The notes under the pieces: generated by a model
What the model saw: the letters and a program-made list of their open reading frames with translations, nothing else
Database searches by the model: none
What the model was told of the DNA's origin: nothing
Part shown: positions 23,669-34,557 of the stretch, one piece after another
How positions within the stretch are numbered: position 1 is the first letter of the stretch
Layout: each line of letters starts with the position of its first letter
Program-made: the position numbers and the translations under genes
Source: Octopus bimaculoides
Lineage: Eukaryota
DNA: 36,242 nucleotides
Assembly: GCF_001194135.2 (NCBI RefSeq)
Contig: NC_068983.1
Location: forward strand, 22,380,085-22,416,326
Direction: 5' to 3'

Positions 23669-24085
23669 GTGAAGGCGCAATGGCCCAGTGGTTAGGGCAG
23701 CAGACTCACGGTCATAGGACTGCGGTTTCGATTCCCAGACTGGGCGTTGTGAGTGTTTATTGAGTGAAAACACCTAAAGTTCCACAAGGCTCCGGCAGGG
23801 GATGGTGGCGAACCCTGCTGTACTCTTTCACCACAACTTTCTCTCATTCTTACTTCCTGTTTCNNNNNNNNNNTCACTCTTACTTCCTGTTTCTGTTGTG
23901 CCTGTAATTCAAAGGATCAGCCTTGTCAAACTGTGTCATGCTGAATATCCCCGAGAACTACGTTAAGGGTACACGTGTCTGTGAAATGCTCAGCCACTTG
24001 CACATTAATTTCACAAGCAGGCTGTTCCGTTGATCGGATCAACTGGAACCCTCACCGTCGTAAGCGACAGAGTACCAACAACAAC
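23669..24085 (+). mobile_element. Second copy of the 22243 SINE family, (CAA)n tail, 13-bp TSD
   Basis: Direct: colinear with 22243-22608; TSD ATTCTTCTTACAA (23656-23668) / ATTCTCCTTACAA (24086-24098); 10-N gap inside. Confidence 0.9.
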
Positions 24086-24354
24086 ATTCTCCTTACAAAA
24101 AAAAAACAAGAGAGAGAGAAGGATGCATGCATTGTATTTTGTCACAAAAGAACATATATAAATGCACTGGTGTGGTGCATTATAAAGACTCAAATTTCCT
24201 AAAACTTCATGGTATTTTCCAATTTGCCTCAAAAATTTGTGGCACACATATGTGGCATACAAGTATACAGTGACACTATTGGAATGTCTACTCAGAAAAT
24301 TTATAAGAACACAACTTTTTTGTGAAGAATCAAGTTGTTGTCATGTGATTGTTT

Positions 24355-24580
24355 ACAGATGCTCCTGCTTAGCTCCAGGTCAACCCTGGCTTAGCAAAAC
24401 CTACTATCAACAAAGGCAATCCAACCATGACCATTCTGTTATTCTTTACTTACTATTTCTTTATATATCCAGGGCTAATTTTAATGCTTTTCACTTTCTT
24501 AGACAGGAGGGTGTGTTTGAAGGAATCTGTCGACTATTACTTCTAGGAAGTGAGTAACTGCTTGAAGGCTCCCCTCAATG
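24355..24580 (-). mobile_element. Family C copy
   Basis: Direct: CTTAGCTCCAGGTCAACCCTG...ATCAA.AAAGGCA.TCCAACCATGACCAT. Confidence 0.6.
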
Positions 24581-24596
24581 GCTCACATGTGTGCAT

Positions 24597-24645
<49 letters not shown>

Positions 24646-25285
24646 CATCTTTTGTGATGTGATAAGTGTGCATAGGTATGTACGATCTCTACTAAAGTGT
24701 GTATGTGTTTGTGCATGTGGGAAAATATATATCAAAAGGAAATGATGTGCAGAGGGGAGAATTTTAATTTTGTTTTCATCTTTTTAGCATCCCCACCACA
24801 AAAAAAAATTTTTTAATAAAAAAAAAAAAAAATNNNNNNNNNNNNNNNNNNNNNNNNNNNNNNNNGAGAGAGAGAGAGAGAGAGAGAGAGAGGGACATCT
24901 TTTGTGATGTGATAAGTGTGCATAGGTATGTACGATCTCTACTAAAGTGTGTATGTGTTTGTGCATGTGGGAAAATATATATCAAAAGGAAATGATGTGC
25001 AGAGGGGAGAATTTTAATTTTGTTTTCATCTTTTTAGCATCCCCACCACAAAAAAAAATTTTTTAATAAAAAAAAAAAAAAAATGAAATATTTATATCAA
25101 CAATGAATCTGCTAACACAAAAATTTGTTCCTCAGCAAATGTGAATAGCAGACAGCAGGAATAATGCATCCAATGTGCAAACAGATTACATCATTGCAGC
25201 AGTTGGATTCCAGTTGCCAGGGTACCAGGGAATACCGACAACATGACTATTTATTGATACTAACTGAAAATGGTGAATAGAGACA

Positions 25286-25318
<33 letters not shown>

Positions 25319-25479
25319 ATAGTAGTAGTTGTAGTTGTAACAAGAGCATTCTCAAAACTATAATGATGATGGTGTCTAACATAGTAACAAAGCTGAAAAT
25401 ATTGGTGGAGGTGGGGACAGGGAGAGAGCATGCTACAGTTGTTTTAATTGATGAATATGAATGACTAGTGCTTTCTTTT

Positions 25480-25557
25480 CACTGACCCAGGAAGGTCAGA
25501 AGGAAAAGCTAACCCTGGTGGGATTTGAACTCAGTGCATAAAATTAATAACAACAAC

Positions 25558-25608
<51 letters not shown>

Positions 25609-25960
25609 CCTTTCTACTAAAGGCACAAGGCCTGAAATTTGTGGGGAGGGGACTAGTTGAATTACATGGACCCCAATGTTTCACTGTTACTTAATTTATT
25701 GACCCCAGAAGGATGAAAGGCAAAGTTGACCTTGGCGGAATTTGAACTCAGAATGGAGCAACAGGTGAAATACTGCTAAGCATTTCATCTAGCATGCTAC
25801 TGATTCTGTCAGCTCAGACGACAACAACAATGACTGACATAGATATTGAGAGCTCAAATTTTGGGGGAAGAAAACAGTAACTTAAATGAACCTCAGTACT
25901 TGACTGGTACTTTATCAACTGCTTTTCATAAGGATCAATAGCGAAGTTAACTAAAACTGG
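25480..25960 (-). mobile_element. Three head-to-tail SINE family B copies around a long (AAT)n (~25550-25607)
   Basis: Direct: 25608-25815 is near complete (GGCACAAGGCC...GACCCCAGAAGGATGAAAGGCAAAGTTGACCTTGGCGGAATTTGAACTCAGAA); fragments on either side. Confidence 0.8.
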
Positions 25961-26138
25961 AATCATGAATAAAGTGAGGGGAAGAAAAAATTAGCTCAAG
26001 GCTAATATTAAATTCATCTGGTTTTTATCCAACACAATAATAATTCTGGACATGCTTCAGTCTTATTAGACCTCACCAGCAAAGAGTAGTGTTTGATTAA
26101 TTTCTAAATTACATAGCTATACATACACCTATGTTTAA

Positions 26139-26318
26139 CTTGGCCTTTAGCATTCAGATTATTTTGTCAAATGAAATTCTTATTTATTCACATTCTTTTG
26201 AATTAATCATGCATTATCTTGTAGCTTCGAGAATTCAATAGTATGACTGTTTATGCTTAGAATGACATTGTAGGGTAGGTGTGAGAAGCCAGATGTGGCC
26301 AGTTTAAATGTCTATGGG
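26139..26318 (+). mobile_element. TTAA MITE family 1
   Basis: Direct: TTAA..CCTTTAGCATTCAGATT ... TTTAAATG.CTATGGG-TTAA. Confidence 0.75.
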
Positions 26319-26454
26319 TTAAAACTCTAAATAATTTTCTGTTTACTTTTGAAGTAAAGAAATACATTAACTCTCCTACTTCTCCACATCGGCCCTATTA
26401 GGTTCACATAAATCTGGTTTAATATCTCATTACTTATTATCGTTTACCCTTGAA

Positions 26455-27060
26455 ACAATTTCTCCATCAGTGTATTCTTGGCAACTTTAAGGTGCTCATA
26501 TTTCCTACACATATAACATTTCCCACGGTTACATCTTAAACTGACAGCTGTTTTCAACAGGTCATTGAATGCCCTCTCCTCTTCCACATTGTCACTTTTA
26601 TCACTTCGTTCTCCATCTCCTCGTATTATAGCTTCTTTCTTGCTTTCTATTTAGTTCATCATCTCCAAACATCATCTCTTCTGTTGGCTCTTTTGCCCTC
26701 AATGAACATAACAGAGTAGTAAGGTCCCATTTTTTGAGGGTACAAGGCAACCTCATTAATATGGGTATAACCAGAAAATGTACCAGTAAACTCTGTCTTG
26801 ACCCTATGTTTTCACTCTTGTCTGTCCAGTTGAAAATGTGACAACCTCTCTAGTACTAATGCTATGATAAAATGCACCTCATACACTCTGCAAAGTAGCT
26901 GGTGTTGGGAAGGGTATGTAGTTATAGAAACCATACCAAAACAAAACATGAGCAAAACATGGTCCCTGGCCTATCTAGTAAGGCTATAATTCTGACTGAA
27001 AGCCAACTTAGACTGTGGCAACTCAGCCAACATAAGCCAACATGGAAAGCGGGTATAAAA
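26455..27060. mobile_element. Heavily decayed retroelement remnants; 26860-27060 is a family D copy (+)
   Basis: Direct: ATAAAATGCACC...GGTGTTGGGAAGGGTAT..AG.TATAGAAAC...CCAACATGGAAAGCGG matches family D. The identity of 26455-26860 is uncertain. Confidence 0.4.
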
Positions 27061-27724
27061 TACGAATACAGGTATCAAATGAGAGAATATGGCTGTCACA
27101 GAGTCTCATTTTATATATGTTTTAGCTAAGCCACTTTTGTGGTTATATTTCTTATATACTTCCTCTATATCTTTAAGTGATCTTTTTCAAAATAATCCAG
27201 ATTTTGAAAAAGGTTAGTAAAACCAAAATAAAAGTAAAAATTATATTTGAACACCCTATTAAGCTGCTGTTTGAAATATAATTTTTAAGAGGAAAATTCA
27301 TTCATTCTTATGTAAAACTACAATGGAGCTTCTAATTGCAAAAATTTCCTACTATCAGTGATGTAATTTTAGCACTTTTCACATGGGTAGTTCTGGGATG
27401 GGTGACTGGATTTGTAAGATGGGATTAGAAGTGATTAAAAGACGGGTTAGTAACAAAAGGTTAAATGTAAATATTTGCTTCGTTGGTTAATTTTCATCTT
27501 AATAGTCAATATATCCAAGCATCATGCTTGTTATTCTATTAGTTCATTGGATTTAGTTAACGAACCAACTCCAGTATTGAACCTTCTTCCTTCAAATGAG
27601 AAATCCATTTCATAAAGAAAAAAGGGGAAAAAATTAACAGATCAGAATTAATCTTTACCACATTCTTTTATTAGGAGTTTGAATGACTATGTAGGGGGAT
27701 CTTTCATTGGTTCACAGCAGCATT

Positions 27725-28560
27725 GTTATTGTTATTGTTATTGTTATTTAGCTTTAGATCATCCCAGGTGAAGCAGATCTTATGATCAGATACAATTCAG
27801 TAGCAACCATACTTTAACTTTTTTATTTTCAGAACAACATTAGATGCTTTCCTTCATTTTTGATGAGGTACGCTTAAGGAAATAATGGCAGCTATCTCTA
27901 GCAAATGATTGTTGTTGCTTAGCTCCACATCTGTCCTGTCTGGAATAAAACCATGATCAAAGCACACCAACCATAACCATCCCATCTTGTTGTACATTAG
28001 TAACTACATACAATGTATATCAGGGGATTACAATGTGCACTGTATTTCAGTAAAAGCAATAGGGGTTATTGAAGGAATGTGCTTGTCATCTCTAAGTATG
28101 TCAAGCATCTCTACAGAGGCCTTCTCATTGATATGCATAATTTTTTTGTTGTAGTTATGATAGGTTATTGTTGTTGTGATAATTCTACCCTGATCAAGTA
28201 GGCCTGTTATCAAAGGCACTAATACCGACCAGCTTGTTGTTTCTCAATCCTACAAATCCTTTTAAAAAAGGGAAGGACCATTAAGTGAGATATTAAGATT
28301 ACTTGGCACTTTACTAACAAGTCAGATAATCATGTAGAAACCCCAAATCTTTTCATTTTTGCTGTTGTTTAACCCCAGGACAATCTTTATTGAATAAACC
28401 CATGATCAAAAGCATTCAAACTGTGACCACCTCATCATTTGTTTCAAATAGACTATATCTATGTCCTTCCTTCTCTGATTCAAGATGTTTGGGTGTGAAT
28501 GAAGGAGATTTAGCTATTTCCTCCAAGAAAGCCAAACAACTGTATTGAACATCCTTGCTA
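27725..28560 (-). mobile_element. Cluster of four degenerate family C copies (~27725, ~27905, ~28165, ~28360)
   Basis: Direct: recurring GTTGTT..TTAG/TTAACCCC...ATGATCAAA.GCA..CA..C.T.ACCA.C motif, all in the same orientation. Confidence 0.55.
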
Positions 28561-28899
28561 GTTCATGAGGTTAAATTTTGTCTTCAAATGTAATCATTCA
28601 TCCACTAGGAATCAATAAAATAAACATTACTATTCTTGCTAAGGTTAAAGTTGATTTAGGTTCAAGAGCAGATTTTAGACCTAATTCTAAATTCAAGTTT
28701 CTATAATACGAATCAGATGACAGTGGTTATATCTATTCAAAGGGATGAAAATTTAAAGATAGGTAAATTTTCCAGAACATTTTGTCATCTACTCCTGACA
28801 GCTGGCTGATTTATCTTCATTGGGTGACTGGTTCTTTGGCTTTTGCAACTAGAATTTGAAAAACATTCATGAAACATAGCACAAATTCTCACAACATAG

Positions 28900-29110
28900 C
28901 TAACTTGTAACACCTCAAAGCCAGTCTTCATACAACACAAGAAACTCACAGCCTTCTTGCACTAAGACGGTGTTACAAGCCTTCTCACTGCATCATACAA
29001 TGTAACCATTCTTCCAACATTATGATGCAATGGTCCCAGTCATCTTACAATACAAAACAATGGTTCCACTCTTCTTGCAACACAAATCAATGGTCTGGCT
29101 CTTCTCAAAA
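28900..29110. repeat. Degenerate ~30-bp tandem repeat
   Basis: Direct: recurring TCTTCTTGCAACACAAA / CAATGGT motifs. Confidence 0.45.
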
Positions 29111-29489
29111 AAAAATGCATTATGTTATGCTCAGTTGATCTCATAAATTAAGTATAAGCATAAACCCTAACTATTTCACACTTGCTCAACAACTAGCTGT
29201 GTTTGTCTTGGTATAAACAAAATCTGCCACCACTAAATCTCCCCCACTTCACTTTTCTCACCCTCTAGAAAAGAAGTGTGTCACTACAGGTCACACACTG
29301 GCAGATTCCAGAGTTTTAATTTACATTGCAATACCAGTCCTGTGTTGTGGTGATGTGAGTAACTTACTAAAATAATCTGCTTAATTTGCTTGATAACAAA
29401 GCCAGAGAAAGAGGAGGGGAAGGGGGAGAGAGAGAGAGAGAGAGAGAGATATGGAAAAAGAGCATTAAACTAAGCTGGTGACAGTTTAT

Positions 29490-29772
29490 AGAGAGTGATG
29501 ATATCATTAGCTTACAGTAAGTGGTGATATCTGTTTACACTAAGTGGTTATCTTTACCTTACACTGAGTGGTGATATCCTTAGTTTACAATTGAGTGGTG
29601 ATATCCTTAGTTTACAATGAGTATCAATATCATGAGTTTACATTGAGTGGTAATATCTTTAATTTACAGTGAATAATAGTAGTATTTTTAGTGATATCAG
29701 TTTGCACTGAGTGGTGATATCATTAATTTACACTCAGTGATAGTAATTTCAATTTGCAGTGAATGGTGATAT
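29490..29772. repeat. ~25-bp minisatellite, about 11 units
   Basis: Direct: consensus GAGTGGTGATATC.TTAGTTTACA(C/A)T. Confidence 0.85.
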
Positions 29773-29794
29773 TGGGTTATTATATAATTATAAG

Positions 29795-30735
29795 TACAGG
29801 AAAGGATATAAAAGGAGGAAAAGTAACAGGGCAATAAATTGTTGGGCATATGCTAATCATTCACATGGACAATCATGTAGTTCAAGGTGACACTCAAATA
29901 ACTGACATATTATCATCAATATAAGCAAAAAGGGTGTTCTAAAAAGAAGCAACTATGGCGGTATCAAACTGATGCCCCCCTGCCACAAGTTATGAAAGCA
30001 ACAAAAAGAACATAGGAAGAGAATTAACCGACATATGATATGGGTTTTCAGGTTTACCACTGATGCTTTATTCTTGGTAAGTCAACTACAAGTTCTTAAC
30101 TAAGACTATGTCAGAAAACTGCCTTTGTCCAGGTAACATCCACTGTTGTACTACAGGTAATAAGAAAACTAGGCATAGATGAATGGTTTGTGGGAGTAAA
30201 GTAAGCCATGTAGAGGTGCTAAGATGAAAATCAGTTAAGGCATTTATCCATCAAAGCCTAGATCTCGGCCCTCTCCTGTTTATTATAATTCTCCAGGCCA
30301 TAACAGTAGAGTTTAAGACTGGTTATCCATGAGAACTCCTATACACCAAAAGCATAGCTTTAGTAGCTGTTGAAGAATTAGAAAAGAAATTTCAAACATG
30401 GAAGCAAAATCTACAATCAGGAATCCTCAAAGTAAATCTAGCAAAGGTAAACATTTTAGCAAGAGAAGAGACAGGATCCTACTGCCACTAGGGGATATGA
30501 CCATTTGCAGAAAACAAGGGGTTCTGAGCTCTGTACTGTATACCAAAAGTAATTTATGATTTCATAAGAGATGCAGTGGGATCATAGGCAGACTATTAGA
30601 AAAGTAAGACTTAGCATGCAACAGATACACAAAGAGTAGTTAGCAGTAAGAGCACTCAAGGAAAACAATTCTTTCAAATGCTCAGAAGGCTCCCTAGAAG
30701 TAGTCAATAGTTTCCTCTCCCCTACACAGCTGACA
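29795..30735 (+). pseudogene. Decayed RTE-type LINE reverse transcriptase with PHD-like Cys/His segment
   Basis: Direct with stops and frameshifts: RSNYGGIKL, TTDA.FLVSQLQ, IDEWFV, PLLFIIILQAITVEFKTGYP*ELLY, ELEKKFQTWKQNLQS..LKVNLAK, ICRK...HKRCSGIIGRL, GSLEVVNSF. These follow the order of RTE-clade RT motifs as I recall them. Confidence 0.85.
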
Positions 30736-30769
30736 TTATCCTTCATTCTTTCTTTATCTTCCAAGTTAT

Positions 30770-31530
30770 GCAACATCTACATACAACCTGGATACCATAT
30801 GCCTATCCAACACCAATTCCATTAACAGAGTCTTTGAAATGGGAATATGCTAATCTTCTCTCAACAACAAGAAAATACAAATGCTACATAGACCAAGAAA
30901 GCATTATTACACTACACTCACCTTGCACATAAACACCACACAAATAGAACCCTCATGAATATTACGCCTCACTATCACTGAGGATCTCGCCTGGTGAAGG
31001 CACATCTTTAACATAGCTAGGGTCACATCCTAACAACTGGCTCTTCTCTTCAGAGCCGAAAGATACTTCAACCTTGAACAATTAATGACTATACTACAAA
31101 GCTTGGGTGAGCTCTCACATTTGGATCAGTGCTACTACTGTACATACAGACATCCAATTGTGCATCCAGAAAAAGGATCAACCACAAAACTTGCATAAAG
31201 TCCCTCGCAGACATTGGCTCCAACCTCCACAAGCATACTGTCTCCTCTCTTTGTTTTGTCTACAACTGGTATTGAGTCCTCTGCTCCTCAGGGCTGCCTT
31301 AGACATATCTAACAAATTTATCTTTCCTCCTCTCATCAACCTAATGCCCAACCATTCTTAGGCCCTGCACTAATCATTCCACCCAACCCTTCTCTCTAGC
31401 AACATTAGCCCTTGGAACATTCTCTCTCTCTCTGTACTCATGCATTTCCTCCAGATGTTGGCTTGCAATGATTGAAGGGGAACATTAATGGCATCAATCT
31501 CACTGGCTTCGGAGGACTTGTGAAGACCAG
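30770..31530 (+). pseudogene. Decayed CR1/L2-group LINE, RT C-terminus and 3' end
   Basis: Direct with frameshifts: LTITEDL.W.RHIFNIAR, ALLFRAERYFNLEQL, YKA, SHIW, IQKK, VSSLCFVY, WNIL, NINGINL. These match the post-YADD region of CR1/L2-like ORF2 proteins as I recall it. Confidence 0.75.
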
Positions 31531-31540
31531 AGGTACTGAC

Positions 31541-31694
31541 CTTTCCACCAGACACAGTTAAGTAAAAACAACGTGATGTATACAAAAGATGAGAGGTGAG
31601 TTTTTAAAAATGCTTTGCAATCCAAGGTGAAAAACCGTAGAAGAGGAAGATCAAGAAAAACATAAGAAATAATGAAATCTATTCTAAGACACAT
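31541..31694 (-). CDS. Tentative first coding exon (exon 31541-31743) of an unidentified gene; possible signal/anchor peptide
   Basis: Direct: pyrimidine tract + AG acceptor at 31744-31745, GCCATG start, MCLRIDFIISYVFLDLPLLRFFTLDCKAFLKTHLSSFVYITLFLLNCVWWK, then AAG|GTCAGT donor in phase 1. No homology recognised and no downstream exon found. Confidence 0.25.
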
Positions 31695-33012
31695 GGCCTC
31701 ATGATCATGTATTGCAACAAGTGGTGAGATCCACAGCCGAGTCCTTCAAATCAATCAAAACAAGAAAAAAAAAAGCATGATTATGATGATTGAAATATGT
31801 ACTAAAGGGGGAAAGGGAAATGGTGAATGTGGAACTTTCAACATTACTAGTTTAACAATTTGTTTTCTTTCCCATGCTAAAACTTCTGTATGTGGTGGTT
31901 CTTAGACTTTTTTCTTTTTCTTTTACATAATAAAGAATCAATGATTTTTAACATAGACAAAGGGATACATATTTAATAGGGAGAGAGAAGATGAGCTGAT
32001 TTACACTGGCCCCCAGCACTCAACTAGTGTAATATTTCATCAACACCCAGCCACATAGACCACAGCTTGTAGAAGAAAAAGTAAAAGGCATCACTGGGCC
32101 TGGCAGGATTTTAATGCAGAAATTAATAAAATACAAAAGGAAAAGAGAGAGGCAAAAAAAAAAAAGAGTTAAATTAAGGGCAATTTTTCCAACTTCCCTG
32201 CCATGTATTATATTTAGAACAAACTGTTGGATACTGCAGTCCTAGATACACCTTGCCAAAAGAATAAAAAGATGGTATAGTCATAACTGGAACATTTCTG
32301 ATCATATAGATCTGCTCTTAGAGTGCTAACATAATGCAAAATAACATCAACAAGAGCAGCACTTTTATGAACCAAAGATCTTAATGTGGCTACTCAACCT
32401 GCTAAAAATAGCATCCATGTCTTCTTCGAATCACTCCTACAGCTTGTTTATTAAGAGAGAGAGAAACAGTGAGAAAGAGAGAGAAAGAGAAAATGAGGTT
32501 GTCATTTCTGAAGCACTTTTTATTCATAGGTTTGCTCTAATGGAGCTGACGCAGGGCTAAACAACACAGCAACAATAACAAAGTAACTATAAGCCAAGCT
32601 GGTAGCAGATGTCACATTAGTAGGAAAAAAAGAGAAAGTTTAAGAGAGTTCCAATGAAGAGAGAGAGAAATTAACATCAACAGTGATTTCCAAAACTGCG
32701 ATGTGTCTGTCCTTCACCTTCCTNNNNNNNNNNGGGTAATTGTTGGTTCTGTTTTACTTCAGATTCTTTTTTGCTTTATTTTGTTTACTCACATTCCCCT
32801 CTCACCCCACCAAAAACAACTGAGAAATTTCAATACATATTACTCTATCAACATCCATCAATTCTAACAGTCAGTCAGTCTCTCTCTCTCTCTCTCTTTC
32901 TCTCTATCTCCTTCTAGTCTTGGGTTGATCGCCCATATATACATATGTAAGATGTCTTTATATCTTCATCAGTTTCAGACAACTAGATTTACTGTAATTC
33001 TATCATATACAT

Positions 33013-33059
<47 letters not shown>

Positions 33060-33224
33060 TATTTATGTCAGTTAAACACACCCTCTCTTTCACACAAACA
33101 CATATTGTCGTGTACATACATATGGCCTAATTATCTCATGCACACACACACACATACACAGATTGTCATATATATATTATTGACTTCTAGGGCACTGTCT
33201 TTATATAGAGACACATGCTTGTGA

Positions 33225-33416
33225 ATCAAAGAAGTCTCTACATGATTACTCAATCTGCTAGAAATAACACCCAAATCTTAATCACACTCTACCTCCACGA
33301 GGACACACTGAATAATGAAGTCACAGACGCACATAAAAGACGGGATGGTTACAGCGGAAATGCTTTTGATCGTAGTCTGCTCAATCACAGCTGACCTGGG
33401 GCTAAACGAAGACAAC
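33225..33416 (+). mobile_element. Best-preserved family C copy; related copies at ~32195-32345 and ~32345-32575
   Basis: Direct: CTCTACATG..ACTCAA.CTGCTAGAAATA.CA.CCAAATC...AAAAGACGGGATGG...TTTGATCGTAG.TCTGCTCAATCA..GCTGACCTGGGGCTAAAC + CAA-like tail. No A/B box seen. Confidence 0.65.
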
Positions 33417-33759
33417 ATACAGACCTACATATGCAAAAACATGCATATACACACATTCTGTTATACACTAATTTCATTTCATGTACACACACACACGCAC
33501 ATGCAGACACATCATTTGTTTCTCCTTTTTTACCCTCCCCTCTTCTCTCTCATGTACATACACACAGATGAAAACTTCTCTCTTGCTATCTTTCAATTCT
33601 GGCAGATGACAGAGCAAGTACCAGGCGAGACAGACCTTCCAAACCAAATAATAACAACAATAACAATAATAAACAATTCCAATAATGCAAAACGAAAAAA
33701 AAAAAAGATGAAAAAATAAAAACAAAAACAGATAGAATCAATCAATTTGGTCAAAGAAA

Positions 33760-34300
33760 ATGATGCCAAAGCCGATGCCATTAATATACTGACCTGGACC
33801 AACATGACTAGATTTTCTTCACACAGTAAAAAAGCTCCCCACGCTGTCGTAGAAGAGACACACACATATACAGAGAAATATCACACAGAAGATGAGAGAA
33901 AAAGAGTAACAGAAAAATCCCCGGCAGAGGAAAGATTCCTACCAAACTGGTTGTCATGGTATCCAAAAGCAGTGGTAGTAGGAAAAATTTCTGCTAGAAG
34001 AACGAACAAGAACACGTGAATGTAGATGAAAAGGGAGAGAGGGGGAGAGAGAGAGAGAGAAACAGAGGGAGGGAGGCCTCTCACGGTGATGACGAAGAGA
34101 TGGAATAAGAGAAGGCGCAAAGAGACACTATTTCTTGTTCATTAACGAGAGGCGGTGGGAGATACGAATTAAAACAACTGGGTTTGACTGTAGATTGAAG
34201 AATTTAATAACAACAACAACACCATCAATAACAACAGGAAATAAAGTTAAAAGGCAGGGATGGAGATGGAACAATAACGACAACAAACAAGACTTAGGGC
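33760..34300. promoter_or_regulatory. CpG-retaining, non-repetitive patch with CACGTG and purine tract; candidate promoter region
   Basis: Direct: about a dozen CpGs in ~550 bp against a visibly CpG-poor background; CACGTG at ~34013. Function is inference. Confidence 0.3.
33794..34000 (-). other. Tentative 5' (mostly untranslated) exon ending in CAG|GTCAGT donor
   Basis: Direct: ATGTTGGTCCAG|GTCAGT (exon end 33794) in non-repetitive, CpG-retaining sequence. The 5' end is unknown. Confidence 0.3.
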
Positions 34301-34464
34301 TGATTTCTTAATATACACACACATTCATATAATATTTGTATGCGTATATAAACATTGCATAGTGTATATATAGATATACAATTTATACATAAATATTATA
34401 TAATACATACATACATGCCTGTCTATCTGTGTGTGTGTGTGTAGGATATGCTACATAAATATAA

Positions 34465-34496
<32 letters not shown>

Positions 34497-34517
34497 CCAT
34501 ATATATATATCTATATA

Positions 34518-34557
<40 letters not shown>

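Noticed and set aside
24641-25083. Apparently identical ~190-bp direct duplication (offset 250 bp)
   Set aside because: The two copies flank an N gap and are bounded by (GA)n and poly-A. This is the typical pattern of an unmerged contig overlap, so probably an assembly artefact; long reads would settle it.
25190-25263. Exon-like 74-nt segment on the minus strand (TTTTCAG acceptor, GTAATC donor; LVSINSHVVGIPWYPGNWNPTAAM)
   Set aside because: Weak donor, no recognisable homology, and joining it in phase 1 to the 31541 exon gives a stop after five codons.
29490-29772. CRISPR-like periodicity (also 1528-1725)
   Set aside because: No unique spacers, no cas genes, eukaryotic context. These are tandem repeats.
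33280-33400. Neuropeptide-precursor-like reading (…DAHKRRDGYSGNAF…) and a CAG|GTCAGC splice-like site
   Set aside because: The segment is a family C repeat copy, matching several others in the window.
33315-34120. ORFs 33315-33719, 33747-34019 and 33881-34120
   Set aside because: They cross repeats and microsatellites and have no recognisable protein features.
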